Source: Candidatus Bathyarchaeia archaeon (lineage in GTDB: Archaea > Thermoproteota > Bathyarchaeia > Bathyarchaeales > Bathycorpusculaceae). From it: a DNA stretch of 42,527 nucleotides. This document shows, one piece after another, positions 10,306 through 18,843 of this stretch. Numbering within the stretch: the first letter of the stretch is position 1; every line of letters begins with the position of its first letter. The notes under the pieces were generated by a model. The model was not told the origin of the DNA and did not search any database. It saw only the letters and a list, made by a program, of their open reading frames with translations. The position numbers were made by a program, and so were the translations under genes. The stretch lies in the NCBI GenBank assembly GCA_049512075.1, contig JBEKXL010000021.1, positions 1-42,527 of the forward strand. The letters are read 5' to 3'.

Positions 10306-10518
10306 GTGAATCAAGACATGAACGATGAATGTGGTTGTGGTATGCATCATGGAAGACATGATAGTTACTGTGGCTGTGGTATGCATGAACATGAGCAAGG
10401 TTACAGAAGACGTTTCCTAACCAAGGGTGAGAAGACTGAGAAGCTAAAGAACTACGCAGAAGAACTGAAGAAAGAGCTTGAAGCAGTCGAAGAGAAAATC
10501 AAAGAAATGCAAAGTTAA
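10306..10518 (+). CDS. Small Cys/His-rich coiled-coil protein (DUF5320-like)
   Basis: Two CGCGMH repeats, then RRFLTK.EK.EKLKNY.EELKKELEAVEEKIKE; GTGAGGTG Shine-Dalgarno-like sequence. Confidence 0.8.
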   Translation: MNQDMNDECGCGMHHGRHDSYCGCGMHEHEQGYRRRFLTKGEKTEKLKNYAEELKKELEAVEEKIKEMQS

Positions 10519-10551
10519 GTATCCATACAAGTAATTGGTGTGGGAAAGAAT

Positions 10552-11250
10552 ATGTCGAAACAAAACAATCTCCATGTTTTTTCCGCTGGTGCAGTAGCAC
10601 CCCCTATAAAGAAATGTGCGGAAGAGTTCAAAGCAAAATTCGGAACAGAATTTGAGTTTACCGTTGGAAAAGCTGAAAATCTTATTGAAGAAATCGCAGA
10701 AACTAAAGAAGGCGACTTGTTGACTTGTGGTTCAGAGTATATACTTGACCATGCACAGTTGAAGGGATTAGTTCTTAAAGAAACAAGAAGAAGCCTTGGT
10801 TCAAGAACCTCTGCTATTCTTGTGCAAGCTGAAAATCCGAAAAGGATAAAGTCAATGTCTGATTTGGCGAAAGAAGGAATTCACGTTGGTGTTTCTGTAA
10901 GTGGTTGCTTGACTGGAGTCTGGGATGATTTAGCAACTAAAGCGGGATTTGCCGAGCAAATCAGAACGAATACCGTTGCTTATGCCGATGGGTGCGGGGA
11001 ATTGATGTCTTTTATCAACAAGAAAAAAGTGGATGCAATTCTGGGATGGGATGCCTTCAAGAACTTGAACATGCAAACCATGGATATTATAGAGTTGCCA
11101 AAAGATCTTCAAGTGCATAGAAGCACGGCAATAGGTGTAATAACCTTCTCCAAGAACAAAGAACTAGCTGAGAGATTCATTGACTTTCTGGTATCCGAAA
11201 AAGGCAAGAAGATTTATGAAGAATATGGATGGCACCATACATCCAGATAG
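10552..11250 (+). CDS. ModA/WtpA-like oxyanion substrate-binding protein without a signal peptide
   Basis: VFSAGA..P, ILV..NPKRIKS..DLAK.G, G.VDAILGW-like, LAERFIDFL.SE.GKKIYEEYGW. Confidence 0.8.
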   Translation: MSKQNNLHVFSAGAVAPPIKKCAEEFKAKFGTEFEFTVGKAENLIEEIAETKEGDLLTCGSEYILDHAQLKGLVLKETRRSLGSRTSAILVQAENPKRIKSMSDLAKEGIHVGVSVSGCLTGVWDDLATKAGFAEQIRTNTVAYADGCGELMSFINKKKVDAILGWDAFKNLNMQTMDIIELPKDLQVHRSTAIGVITFSKNKELAERFIDFLVSEKGKKIYEEYGWHHTSR

Positions 11251-11413
11251 GCGAAAGCCCTGAGCAAGGACGTCAAAAGCCTCCTCAGAATCGACAGAAA
11301 ATTCAAGAGCCATGGACCTCAACAGCTCAGACGAGCCTACAGAAGGCGCGTGGCAGTCGAACGAGTGTTCAACGACTCAAGAACCTCACGGGCTTAACCC
11401 AACACAACCTGAG
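11251..11413 (+). pseudogene. C-terminal fragment of a DDE transposase (IS4/IS5/IS1182-like Y(2)R(3)E(6)K motif)
   Basis: Translates to ...GPQQLRRAYRRRVAVERVF, then after a 1-nt frameshift at ~11371 RLKNLTGLTQHNL; ends abruptly at the GCGCGCGC motif. Confidence 0.7.
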
Positions 11414-11534
11414 CGCGCGCGGTTTTTTTCTCCATTGTTGCAAGTGTCTTTGCGCGCCCTCAGCTCATAAAATTGCGATACCACTCCTTCGGTGATCGTT
11501 TTTCAGAAACCCATGACATGGATGAAATGGTTGG

Positions 11535-11915
11535 TCACGTTTTTGTCACTATGATGGTGGCGGTTGCGCCGTTATCGGCGCCAACAGAGAAAACGTAGGG
11601 CCCGGTTTGAGGAACCGTCCAGGTGAAAGTGAACATTGTTTGTTCTTCTTCGTCAACTAGTGGATGAGATGGGGAACTAGGCTGTGTTATTTTCAAATTC
11701 ACCAGGTCGCCGTTGCCGGAAAGCTGGATGTTCAATTGGTCGCCCTTGTTCAGCGCGAGATTGTACTGTGTCTGGTAGTTATCTTGAGTGAGAACAACTG
11801 TTTGGTTCAGAAGTAGGACTGGTTGCGTGGGATGGACTATCCGCGGGGCTAGGAAAGTGAAGCTTAGAACTATGATAGCCAATGAAATGAGAAGGGATTG
11901 AGTTTGAGTTATCAT
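11535..11915 (-). CDS. Membrane-anchored small beta-sandwich protein
   Basis: N-terminal TM helix; FTWTVPQTGPYVF pattern typical of GOLD/PPC-like domains. Confidence 0.7.
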   Translation of the reverse strand: MITQTQSLLISLAIIVLSFTFLAPRIVHPTQPVLLLNQTVVLTQDNYQTQYNLALNKGDQLNIQLSGNGDLVNLKITQPSSPSHPLVDEEEQTMFTFTWTVPQTGPYVFSVGADNGATATIIVTKT

Positions 11916-12155
11916 GGTATTGTTGCCCGCCGATTTTCTTGGGCTTGAGAGGAACTTTGACTGCTAGTTGTTGAGGAGCGATTATGAAGTTTATGAAGAA
12001 TTGGTCTTGATACAGTGTTCAGATTCTGGATATCTGTCCCGAAATAGGATTCTGCACAGACGCTTTGCGTGTGTTCATCAGTGCGTGCCAGACATATTTT
12101 TTTTGTCCAACGTGTCATGAATAGTGAAATGACCTCGGCTTGTTGGTATGTCCGC

Positions 12156-13241
12156 TCATATTTTCCGTTTCATGTTTACCAGTGGAAGTATCCCACCTGC
12201 AATCGGCAAACATCCTACCACAAGAGCTACGACGATGCTTGATATGGAAGAACCGAAGACTTCGAGCAACATGAGGGCTGAGAAATAGGCAGGCGCAATT
12301 GGGAAAAGACCAAAAATTATGCTCATCAACGCGCCAGACACATAGTTCCTTAGCAGAATGAGGACACCTCCAACCCCGACTAGGAATCCAGGCGCAAACA
12401 TTAGGAGGCCTGAATAGCTCAATGGGCCGCCTCCGAATGGACTTGCTGGAGACGTGTAGATGTATGCGGCGAGGATTGTCAAGGCTCCGCTGATTATGCT
12501 CATCGTGCCTCCGATAAGGCCGCGAGTTGACGGTTTGATGTGTTGGATCCCGAGGAATCCTCTGACAGGCTTCCTAAAAGCCAAAAACAATGCTACCGCC
12601 TCGGCCGCGAGAATTGCCGAATCGACTGCAAGGTTGAACGCGTTAACCGGAATAGGAACGCCCGCGTTCTGATACGTTATCCAGAGAAGAGGAAGGTAGA
12701 AAAATGGGACAAGACGCTGGAAAACTGTTAAAGCCGATTTGACTATGACCGTTTTCCAGCTCCAAGTTTTCCCTGTGAGCACTCCGATGACTGAAGTTAT
12801 GCCGAGGAGTGAGACGACTGCGCTGATGAACAGTCCGGGGAGACCGAACAGCAGGAAAGGTGAGGCTGGCGAAAACGTTGATAACGCAACGTAAGTCACT
12901 AACGCTGCCGTAGCGAGTTCTAGCAGGGCGAGTGCAAGCGCCTCTATTGGCACTTTTGCAAGTGGTCTTATCTTGTGTTTTTCTGTTTCCTTCCACTGCT
13001 CTATTGCTTCGATGGAGAGCAGTGCTTCTTTTCCCGCGTCGGTGAGGCAATATAATCCGTCCGCGCGGACCTTGGTGAGTTGTGCCAGCTTTTTCAGATG
13101 GTGGTCGAGGTTGCCGCTGCTTTCTATGTTCAACTGTCTCTTCAAAGAAGCGAAGCTTGTGGGTTGTTTCTCGAGGATTTTCAGAATCCTGATTCGGACT
13201 GGGTGCGAAATCGCCTCAAAAAGCTCCGCCGAATCATCCAT
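12156..13241 (-). CDS. ArsR-type wHTH fused to a multi-pass membrane domain
   Basis: LFEAISHPVRIRILKIL..SFASLKRQL..SSGNLDHHLKKL..YCLTDAG, followed by roughly 8 hydrophobic helices. Confidence 0.85.
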   Translation of the reverse strand: MDDSAELFEAISHPVRIRILKILEKQPTSFASLKRQLNIESSGNLDHHLKKLAQLTKVRADGLYCLTDAGKEALLSIEAIEQWKETEKHKIRPLAKVPIEALALALLELATAALVTYVALSTFSPASPFLLFGLPGLFISAVVSLLGITSVIGVLTGKTWSWKTVIVKSALTVFQRLVPFFYLPLLWITYQNAGVPIPVNAFNLAVDSAILAAEAVALFLAFRKPVRGFLGIQHIKPSTRGLIGGTMSIISGALTILAAYIYTSPASPFGGGPLSYSGLLMFAPGFLVGVGGVLILLRNYVSGALMSIIFGLFPIAPAYFSALMLLEVFGSSISSIVVALVVGCLPIAGGILPLVNMKRKI

Positions 13242-13390
13242 CTGACAGCCCTCAATGTATTATTGGGAATACACATAGATAATTCTTGCATCGCTGACCA
13301 GATTTGACTGGCCGGTCAGGAACTCTTGACAAGACCGCATTCATCATTTCAAAATGAAGGCGATGATGAAAAACCGATGGCATGTGTTTT

Positions 13391-14554
13391 TCATTCGGTG
13401 AGCGAATGATGCCAGTTGATTATGTATTCGGGGAGCCTGAGCCCTCTTTCGCCCAGTCTTTCAACTAGTCTTACGGGCAATGGGCTTAAAACGTACGCTG
13501 CCCTCATGTAAAACCTCCTAGGCTGCCCCGGCTTAACTTCTTCCTCTAAAGTTATCTGAAGGTCTGATTTTTCTTTCAAGGTTGATTTTTTTGTCCCAGT
13601 GATCGACAGGACTGTTCCGTTCATTTTTTTCAGGATGTCACACCAGGCTATGACGGGTTTGGTTTCGCCAGAGTATGACACAAGGATTTCCAGGTCGCCT
13701 GGTCTTGGCGGTGGAGTGTTCACACCCCTGGTAACGTAAACGTTGTCTCCAAGCGTGCTCTTTATGTGAAAGAGTCTTATGGCCGCCATCTTGACTATTT
13801 CGTTTGCTGTACCTTTTCCCCCGAGAAAGACGTCGGTCCTCTTTTCCAAAATGTCTACGAGCCGCGAGTAGGTCTCAGATTCTGTTATAGAATCGATCAT
13901 CGGTCCAAGCTTGGCGAACTCTTCTTCGCAGAGCTGAAGCACTTCGTGCGGCTCTAGGTTTCGGAACATGGCCTCGGTCATCATGCACAGGAGGAGGAGG
14001 CTTCCCAGCTCAAAGATGTCGCCCATTATGCCCGTCTCACTATAGTCAAGCGAGGGTTTCGCTCTACCTCGCCCCGTCAACTCGATAACGTGTCCACATT
14101 TGCAAGCAATGTCTGCCAGCGGCGAGTTCAGGTTAGAGGTTATGAGTCCCATAGAGAACTTTGACGACTTCTTTTCGCCGATGTATTTTGAAAGGTCTTG
14201 TGCCAAACCCAGCGGATCGCCCGATACGCCGCTTCCAGAGTTTATCAAGAAAAAGATTTTGTTGTACCGCCTTTCAAGCTCGGCTGCGGCGTCATACATG
14301 TTCTTCCCCGGAAAACCCGGGTCGTCAGGAGTCAGTACAACCTTGTTTCTCCAGCCTATGTGACTGATGGCTATCTGACTCATGGCCGCATTCAGCGAGT
14401 ACAGCGATCGCCCCGACCCCCCGCAAACGACACAGTCCGCCGACTTCAGATCCTCGTACAGAGACGCCAATTCTCTCTTTCTGACATTAAGCAAGTTGTC
14501 CCTGATCCTGTTAATGTATCCGATGCCGCTGACCTTGCTTCTAATCTCCACCAC
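13391..14554 (-). CDS. Tandem SIS-domain protein (6-phospho-3-hexuloisomerase-like)
   Basis: Repeat 1: GSGRS..INSGSG..MGDIFE. Repeat 2: GKGTA..GDLEILVSYSGETK..LSITG..STL...SD. Confidence 0.8.
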   Translation of the reverse strand: MVEIRSKVSGIGYINRIRDNLLNVRKRELASLYEDLKSADCVVCGGSGRSLYSLNAAMSQIAISHIGWRNKVVLTPDDPGFPGKNMYDAAAELERRYNKIFFLINSGSGVSGDPLGLAQDLSKYIGEKKSSKFSMGLITSNLNSPLADIACKCGHVIELTGRGRAKPSLDYSETGIMGDIFELGSLLLLCMMTEAMFRNLEPHEVLQLCEEEFAKLGPMIDSITESETYSRLVDILEKRTDVFLGGKGTANEIVKMAAIRLFHIKSTLGDNVYVTRGVNTPPPRPGDLEILVSYSGETKPVIAWCDILKKMNGTVLSITGTKKSTLKEKSDLQITLEEEVKPGQPRRFYMRAAYVLSPLPVRLVERLGERGLRLPEYIINWHHSLTE

Positions 14555-14709
14555 GCTCGGTTTAATCCAAAACTCGGCAACTCTATATTTGTCTTGCGTG
14601 CACTGGCCAAGATCCTACATCACCGGAACCGTTCTTGCCCTGCATAAACTTTTTTTCTAGCTTCAGCTTTTGCTTTGACCAAGAGTGCTGTGGATAGGGA
14701 AGTGAAGCG

Positions 14710-15699
14710 TTGGAGAATGCTATAGAGACTAGCGAGCTTACGAGGCGCTTTAACGGTCTTGTGGCAGTTGATAAGCTCAACATTTCAGTTGAGCGTGGGG
14801 AAGTTTTCGGTCTGCTGGGGCCTAACGGTGCAGGGAAGACGACGACGATTTCGATGCTTTGTGCCATTTTGAAACCTACTTCTGGAACCGCGAGGGTCAA
14901 TGGTTTTGATGTTGTTAAGCAGGATATGCAGGTGCGGAAGTCGATTGGCATTGTTTTTCAAGATCCAAGTATTGATGATCGGCTGACGGGACGCGAAAAC
15001 CTTTACATGCATGCCAACCTATATGGTGTGCCTCCGGGCGAGCAGAAGTCGCGTATTGACGGCGTTTTGAAGCTCGTTGAGCTTGAGGACAGAGCCGACG
15101 ATTTGATGCGGACTTATTCGGGCGGGATGCGGAGGCGGTTGGAGATTGCGAGGGGGCTGATTCATTCTCCAAAGGTCTTGTTTCTTGACGAGCCAACGAT
15201 TGGACTTGATCCTCAGACGCGGGAGCATATTTGGTCGCATATTGAGGGGTTGAGAAAGGCTCATGACGTTACCATAGTTTTAACGACACATTACATGGAT
15301 GAAGCTGACAGGCTTTCTGACCGCATAGCAATTATGGATTACGGTAAGATTGTGGCTTCAGACACTCCTGCCGCGTTGAAGGAAACGCTTGAGGGTGACG
15401 TTATAACGGTGAACACCAAAGAGGCGTTGAAGCTCTCTTCTGTCGTTGCTGGGACTGAAGGCATTCTGAGGACCAACGTGGTAGGCAACGCACTTGAACT
15501 CACGGTTCGTGGTGGAAAGGCTCTTTTGCCCAGGATCGTGGAAGCGGCGGCGAAAAGCGGCATTTTCATAGAGTCGGTCTCCTTGCGAGAGCCGAACCTT
15601 GGAGATGTCTTCTTACACTACACTGGTCGAGCGATTCGTGTTGAAGGTGGTGAGGAACTGCACGGTATGGCGGCTATTCAAAGGAGGAGCATCAAATGA
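14710..15699 (+). CDS. ABC exporter ATP-binding subunit (DrrA-like)
   Basis: GPNGAGKTT, YSGGMRRRLE, LFLDEPT, LTTHYMDEA. Confidence 0.95.
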   Translation: MENAIETSELTRRFNGLVAVDKLNISVERGEVFGLLGPNGAGKTTTISMLCAILKPTSGTARVNGFDVVKQDMQVRKSIGIVFQDPSIDDRLTGRENLYMHANLYGVPPGEQKSRIDGVLKLVELEDRADDLMRTYSGGMRRRLEIARGLIHSPKVLFLDEPTIGLDPQTREHIWSHIEGLRKAHDVTIVLTTHYMDEADRLSDRIAIMDYGKIVASDTPAALKETLEGDVITVNTKEALKLSSVVAGTEGILRTNVVGNALELTVRGGKALLPRIVEAAAKSGIFIESVSLREPNLGDVFLHYTGRAIRVEGGEELHGMAAIQRRSIK

Positions 15700-16463
15700 C
15701 CGAGATCAGGGGGATTTATACGCTTTGGCTACGTGAGGTCAAGCGGTACGTCAGGGACAGGGCGAGAATCGTGAGTAGCTTTGTTCAGCCGCTACTGTGG
15801 CTTGTAATATTTGGGAGCGCCCTCAGCGCTTTGGTCCGGATTTCGATCCCCGGCCTAACCTATCAACAGTACATCTTTCCTGGAATCATTGGACAAACAC
15901 TTCTTTTTACATCGATGTTTATAGGCATCTCCGTGATATGGGACAGAGAATTCGGTTTTCTAAAAGAAATAATGGTGGCACCGATTTCGCGTTTTTCCGT
16001 TTTTGCAGGTAAGCTGTTGGGTGCCAGCACGGATGCCATGATTCAGGGAATATTCGTATTCGTGCTGGGCGCACTCTTGGGGATAACTTCCAATCCTTTG
16101 ATTCTTGGAGAGGCGTTGCCAGTCATGATTCTAATAACGTTTGGACTGGTAAGCATCGGGCTTACAGTGGCAAGTTTCATGCAAAGCCTAGAAAGCTTCG
16201 GGTTGATCGTGAACTTCATTAACATGCCAATGTTCTTCCTAAGTGGGGCAATATTCCTTATTCGGGGCCCGGGTGTTCCAAGCTGGTTGCAGATAGTCGC
16301 AAGCCTCAACCCGTTCACTTATGCCGTTGACGCTTTGAGAACAGTGATCCTCGGCGGGTCGTGGCAGCCCCTGTACCCCCTCTACGTCGAACTCCTCGTG
16401 GTGACCTGCTTCGATCTTGCCATGATAGCGATCGGAACTTGGGCGTTCGGCAGAAGAAAATAG
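15696..16463 (+). CDS. ABC-2 type permease (DrrB-like)
   Basis: DREFGFLKEIMVAP, MPMFFLSGA, NPFTYAVDALR; ATGA overlap with the ATPase gene. Confidence 0.95.
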   Translation: MTEIRGIYTLWLREVKRYVRDRARIVSSFVQPLLWLVIFGSALSALVRISIPGLTYQQYIFPGIIGQTLLFTSMFIGISVIWDREFGFLKEIMVAPISRFSVFAGKLLGASTDAMIQGIFVFVLGALLGITSNPLILGEALPVMILITFGLVSIGLTVASFMQSLESFGLIVNFINMPMFFLSGAIFLIRGPGVPSWLQIVASLNPFTYAVDALRTVILGGSWQPLYPLYVELLVVTCFDLAMIAIGTWAFGRRK

Positions 16464-16986
16464 CTGACATCCAGAACCGCAAATCACGTCCAATCGTCAT
16501 TCCAGCTCGCATCATGCCAGACAAGCCTAATCAGCGTGATTCCCAGCCAGTCTCGGTCAATGCCCGCTAAGCGTAGCGCTCAAACAGGCACCGCAGCATC
16601 AACCTTCACACTCGTCCATTCCCCGCTGTTCCTTCCCAAAGCAACATTACGGCTGACGCAAAGAAAAAAGAAGGAGGGCATCGGACAACATAACATTGCA
16701 ATTTTACAGTAACGAGACCACGAGTATTAATATTTAGCTTAGTCATGGAGACCGCAAGACTTCGCCTTTCGTTGAAAGCGCGCGCGCTAATTTCAATGGA
16801 GCTTTTTTTATCTAGTTGGTTAACTCGTTTTCTTGTGCTTTTTCGCCTTATCTCGCACTTCACAGAAGACAGCGAAAACAAGAGAGGGTCTACATAGGCG
16901 CAAAAATTTTTTTCGGATTTTGAGCAAAGTCATAGAGATTTAAGTTTTCTCTTCGTAAGATTCTTTCAGCTTCACTAAGGCTTTTT

Positions 16987-17295
16987 CTATGTCGTTTCCT
17001 TGATTAGTTTTTCGTGCCATTCTTGAATAATCTTTTCTAGGTCTTCTTCATCTTCTTTTCTTTCTAAGTGACCTTTAACAAGTTCGAAGTATTCGTGAAA
17101 TTTCTTTTTGTGTTCGGTAAGGTATTGTTCTTCATAGGATGCAACTTTAAATGTATAGAATATCACCTTTTTTCTGAAATCTTCTTCACTTGGTTCGGAT
17201 TTGTGGAGAAGTTTCACGTCTTTGTAATATTCCAAGTAAGCTTGGCCTGCTCCTAGATTGAGAATAACTTCTGTGAAATTTCTCCATTCCGACAA
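16987..17295 (-). CDS. Hypothetical protein in an AT-rich island
   Basis: GTGAGG Shine-Dalgarno before TTG; Lys/Glu-rich. A shifted frame continues ..DIEKALVKLKESYEEKT, so the 3' end may be frameshifted. Confidence 0.55.
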   Translation of the reverse strand: MSEWRNFTEVILNLGAGQAYLEYYKDVKLLHKSEPSEEDFRKKVIFYTFKVASYEEQYLTEHKKKFHEYFELVKGHLERKEDEEDLEKIIQEWHEKLIKETT

Positions 17296-17389
17296 TTACG
17301 TTTCCTCACTCCAGTGATTGTTCGACTTTCGCTATTAGCTTTTCTCGGTTTCTCGAAAAGTTTAATTTGAGTTTGACACACATAGAAAA

Positions 17390-17632
17390 TCAGTCAACGT
17401 AACTGTTCTTCTGAGCTTTCTGCAATATCTCCTCACTCTTTCTAAAGTCTTTCTTTAGCTCAACAGCTTCCTTGGCAATGTTTTTAGGCATTTTCTCCAA
17501 AAGAGAAAGCATTTGTTCGAATAAACTCTTGAAAACCTGATTTGTAACGTTAATCACGTAAACGATGGATTCAGTTTTCTTTTCCAATTCCTCAACCTTC
17601 CTTTTCAAATGCTCCAGTTCGTCTTCACTCAT
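17390..17632 (-). CDS. Small coiled-coil hypothetical protein
   Basis: ATG 17632 (MSEDELEHLKRKVEELEKK) avoids overlap with the upstream gene. Confidence 0.6.
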   Translation of the reverse strand: MSEDELEHLKRKVEELEKKTESIVYVINVTNQVFKSLFEQMLSLLEKMPKNIAKEAVELKKDFRKSEEILQKAQKNSYVD

Positions 17633-17699
17633 TTTTGAACCCCTAGTTTGTTTCTTGTTGCTGTGCCGATTTGAGATTTCTGTCTTCTTGAAGAACGGT

Positions 17700-18299
17700 C
17701 TAGGTGGAACTAGGTTGTGGAGGATTGCTGTGAGGCGGAGGTTCAACGCTTGTTTCTTCTTGGTGGACTCGCCAAGCACCAGCTATTCCTACGACTAACG
17801 AGACAGTTCCAGCAACCGCTAGGCTAACAGAATATCGGGCATAAGGATAATCTACAACAGGGGGGTAACCCCAATACCAAGTCTGCTGATAAAGGGTTGA
17901 GAGCATTCCTAACACCAAGAATAGTACACCAAAAATTATTCCTATGATGCCAATTAGTTGGTAATACGCTATCTTCGGAAGCTCACTTTCTGGAAACTTT
18001 CTTTCTCTAAATGCCAACACACCACCAACAATCAGCAAGATGAAAGGGAGTATCCCGAAAAAGGGTGTAGCAATCAAAGCCAACACGCCAGAGATAATTA
18101 GAATCGCTCCACCTTTCCTATTACCTACCACACCACCGACTATACCCAGAATCCCTGCTAGGAAAGCCAAGACTATAAGTATGGTCAAACCCGTATCAAC
18201 CGCTCCGTAATTACTAATCGCCATTGGCAAAACCACTAATACGCCCATTGAGAAGGAGAAAATCCCCCCTAGAATTCCCAAAAGGAAACTAGGTTTCAT
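17700..18299 (-). CDS. Multi-pass membrane hypothetical protein
   Basis: About 6 Gly-rich hydrophobic segments; GGAG upstream. Confidence 0.75.
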   Translation of the reverse strand: MKPSFLLGILGGIFSFSMGVLVVLPMAISNYGAVDTGLTILIVLAFLAGILGIVGGVVGNRKGGAILIISGVLALIATPFFGILPFILLIVGGVLAFRERKFPESELPKIAYYQLIGIIGIIFGVLFLVLGMLSTLYQQTWYWGYPPVVDYPYARYSVSLAVAGTVSLVVGIAGAWRVHQEETSVEPPPHSNPPQPSST

Positions 18300-18646
18300 T
18301 TGCCTTTTTCACGCTCCTAATCTCAATAATCATACTCAAGGGTGCTGTTTAAGTTCTGTTACCTTCGTCACGTGTATTCTAGAGTGGGTTTTTCTGCTCT
18401 GCACTTTCGATGTGCTTCACGAACCTTCCGTCTTTCTTCTGCACGAATACACGAGCTTATTTTCCATTTTCTCACGCAAGTATTGTAGAGTCATATCTTA
18501 CGTAGCTCGCGCGCGCTAAATGCGGGAGGGACACAACAATGCAACATTACAATGCCACATTACCCTGAGGTTTGTTACCATCAACATCACATCTGGCGTT
18601 ACAACTGAACAGTAGAAAGTAAACCCTACCTACAATCCCTGACTCA

Positions 18647-18762
18647 TACAATGAAAATTACATTTGACATTACAAATAAACGGGACGAGTTGGCTCTGAA
18701 CAGCGTTCCAAGCCTGTTTTCAACATGGTTTGTAACAATACACATTACATCTGACATTACAA
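18647..18762. repeat. Dispersed ~117-bp repeat, copy A, bounded by paired 12-bp TTACA boxes
   Basis: Hand alignment to 40929-41045 gives about 80% identity; both copies end in ATTACATCTGACATTACAA. Confidence 0.9.
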
Positions 18763-18843
18763 GTGAAAAAGAGGAGCGACTCAAGACTCGTTACCATACA
18801 ATGTTACGTATGACCTTTGGCGAAGGAGAGGAGTGTCGAGATT

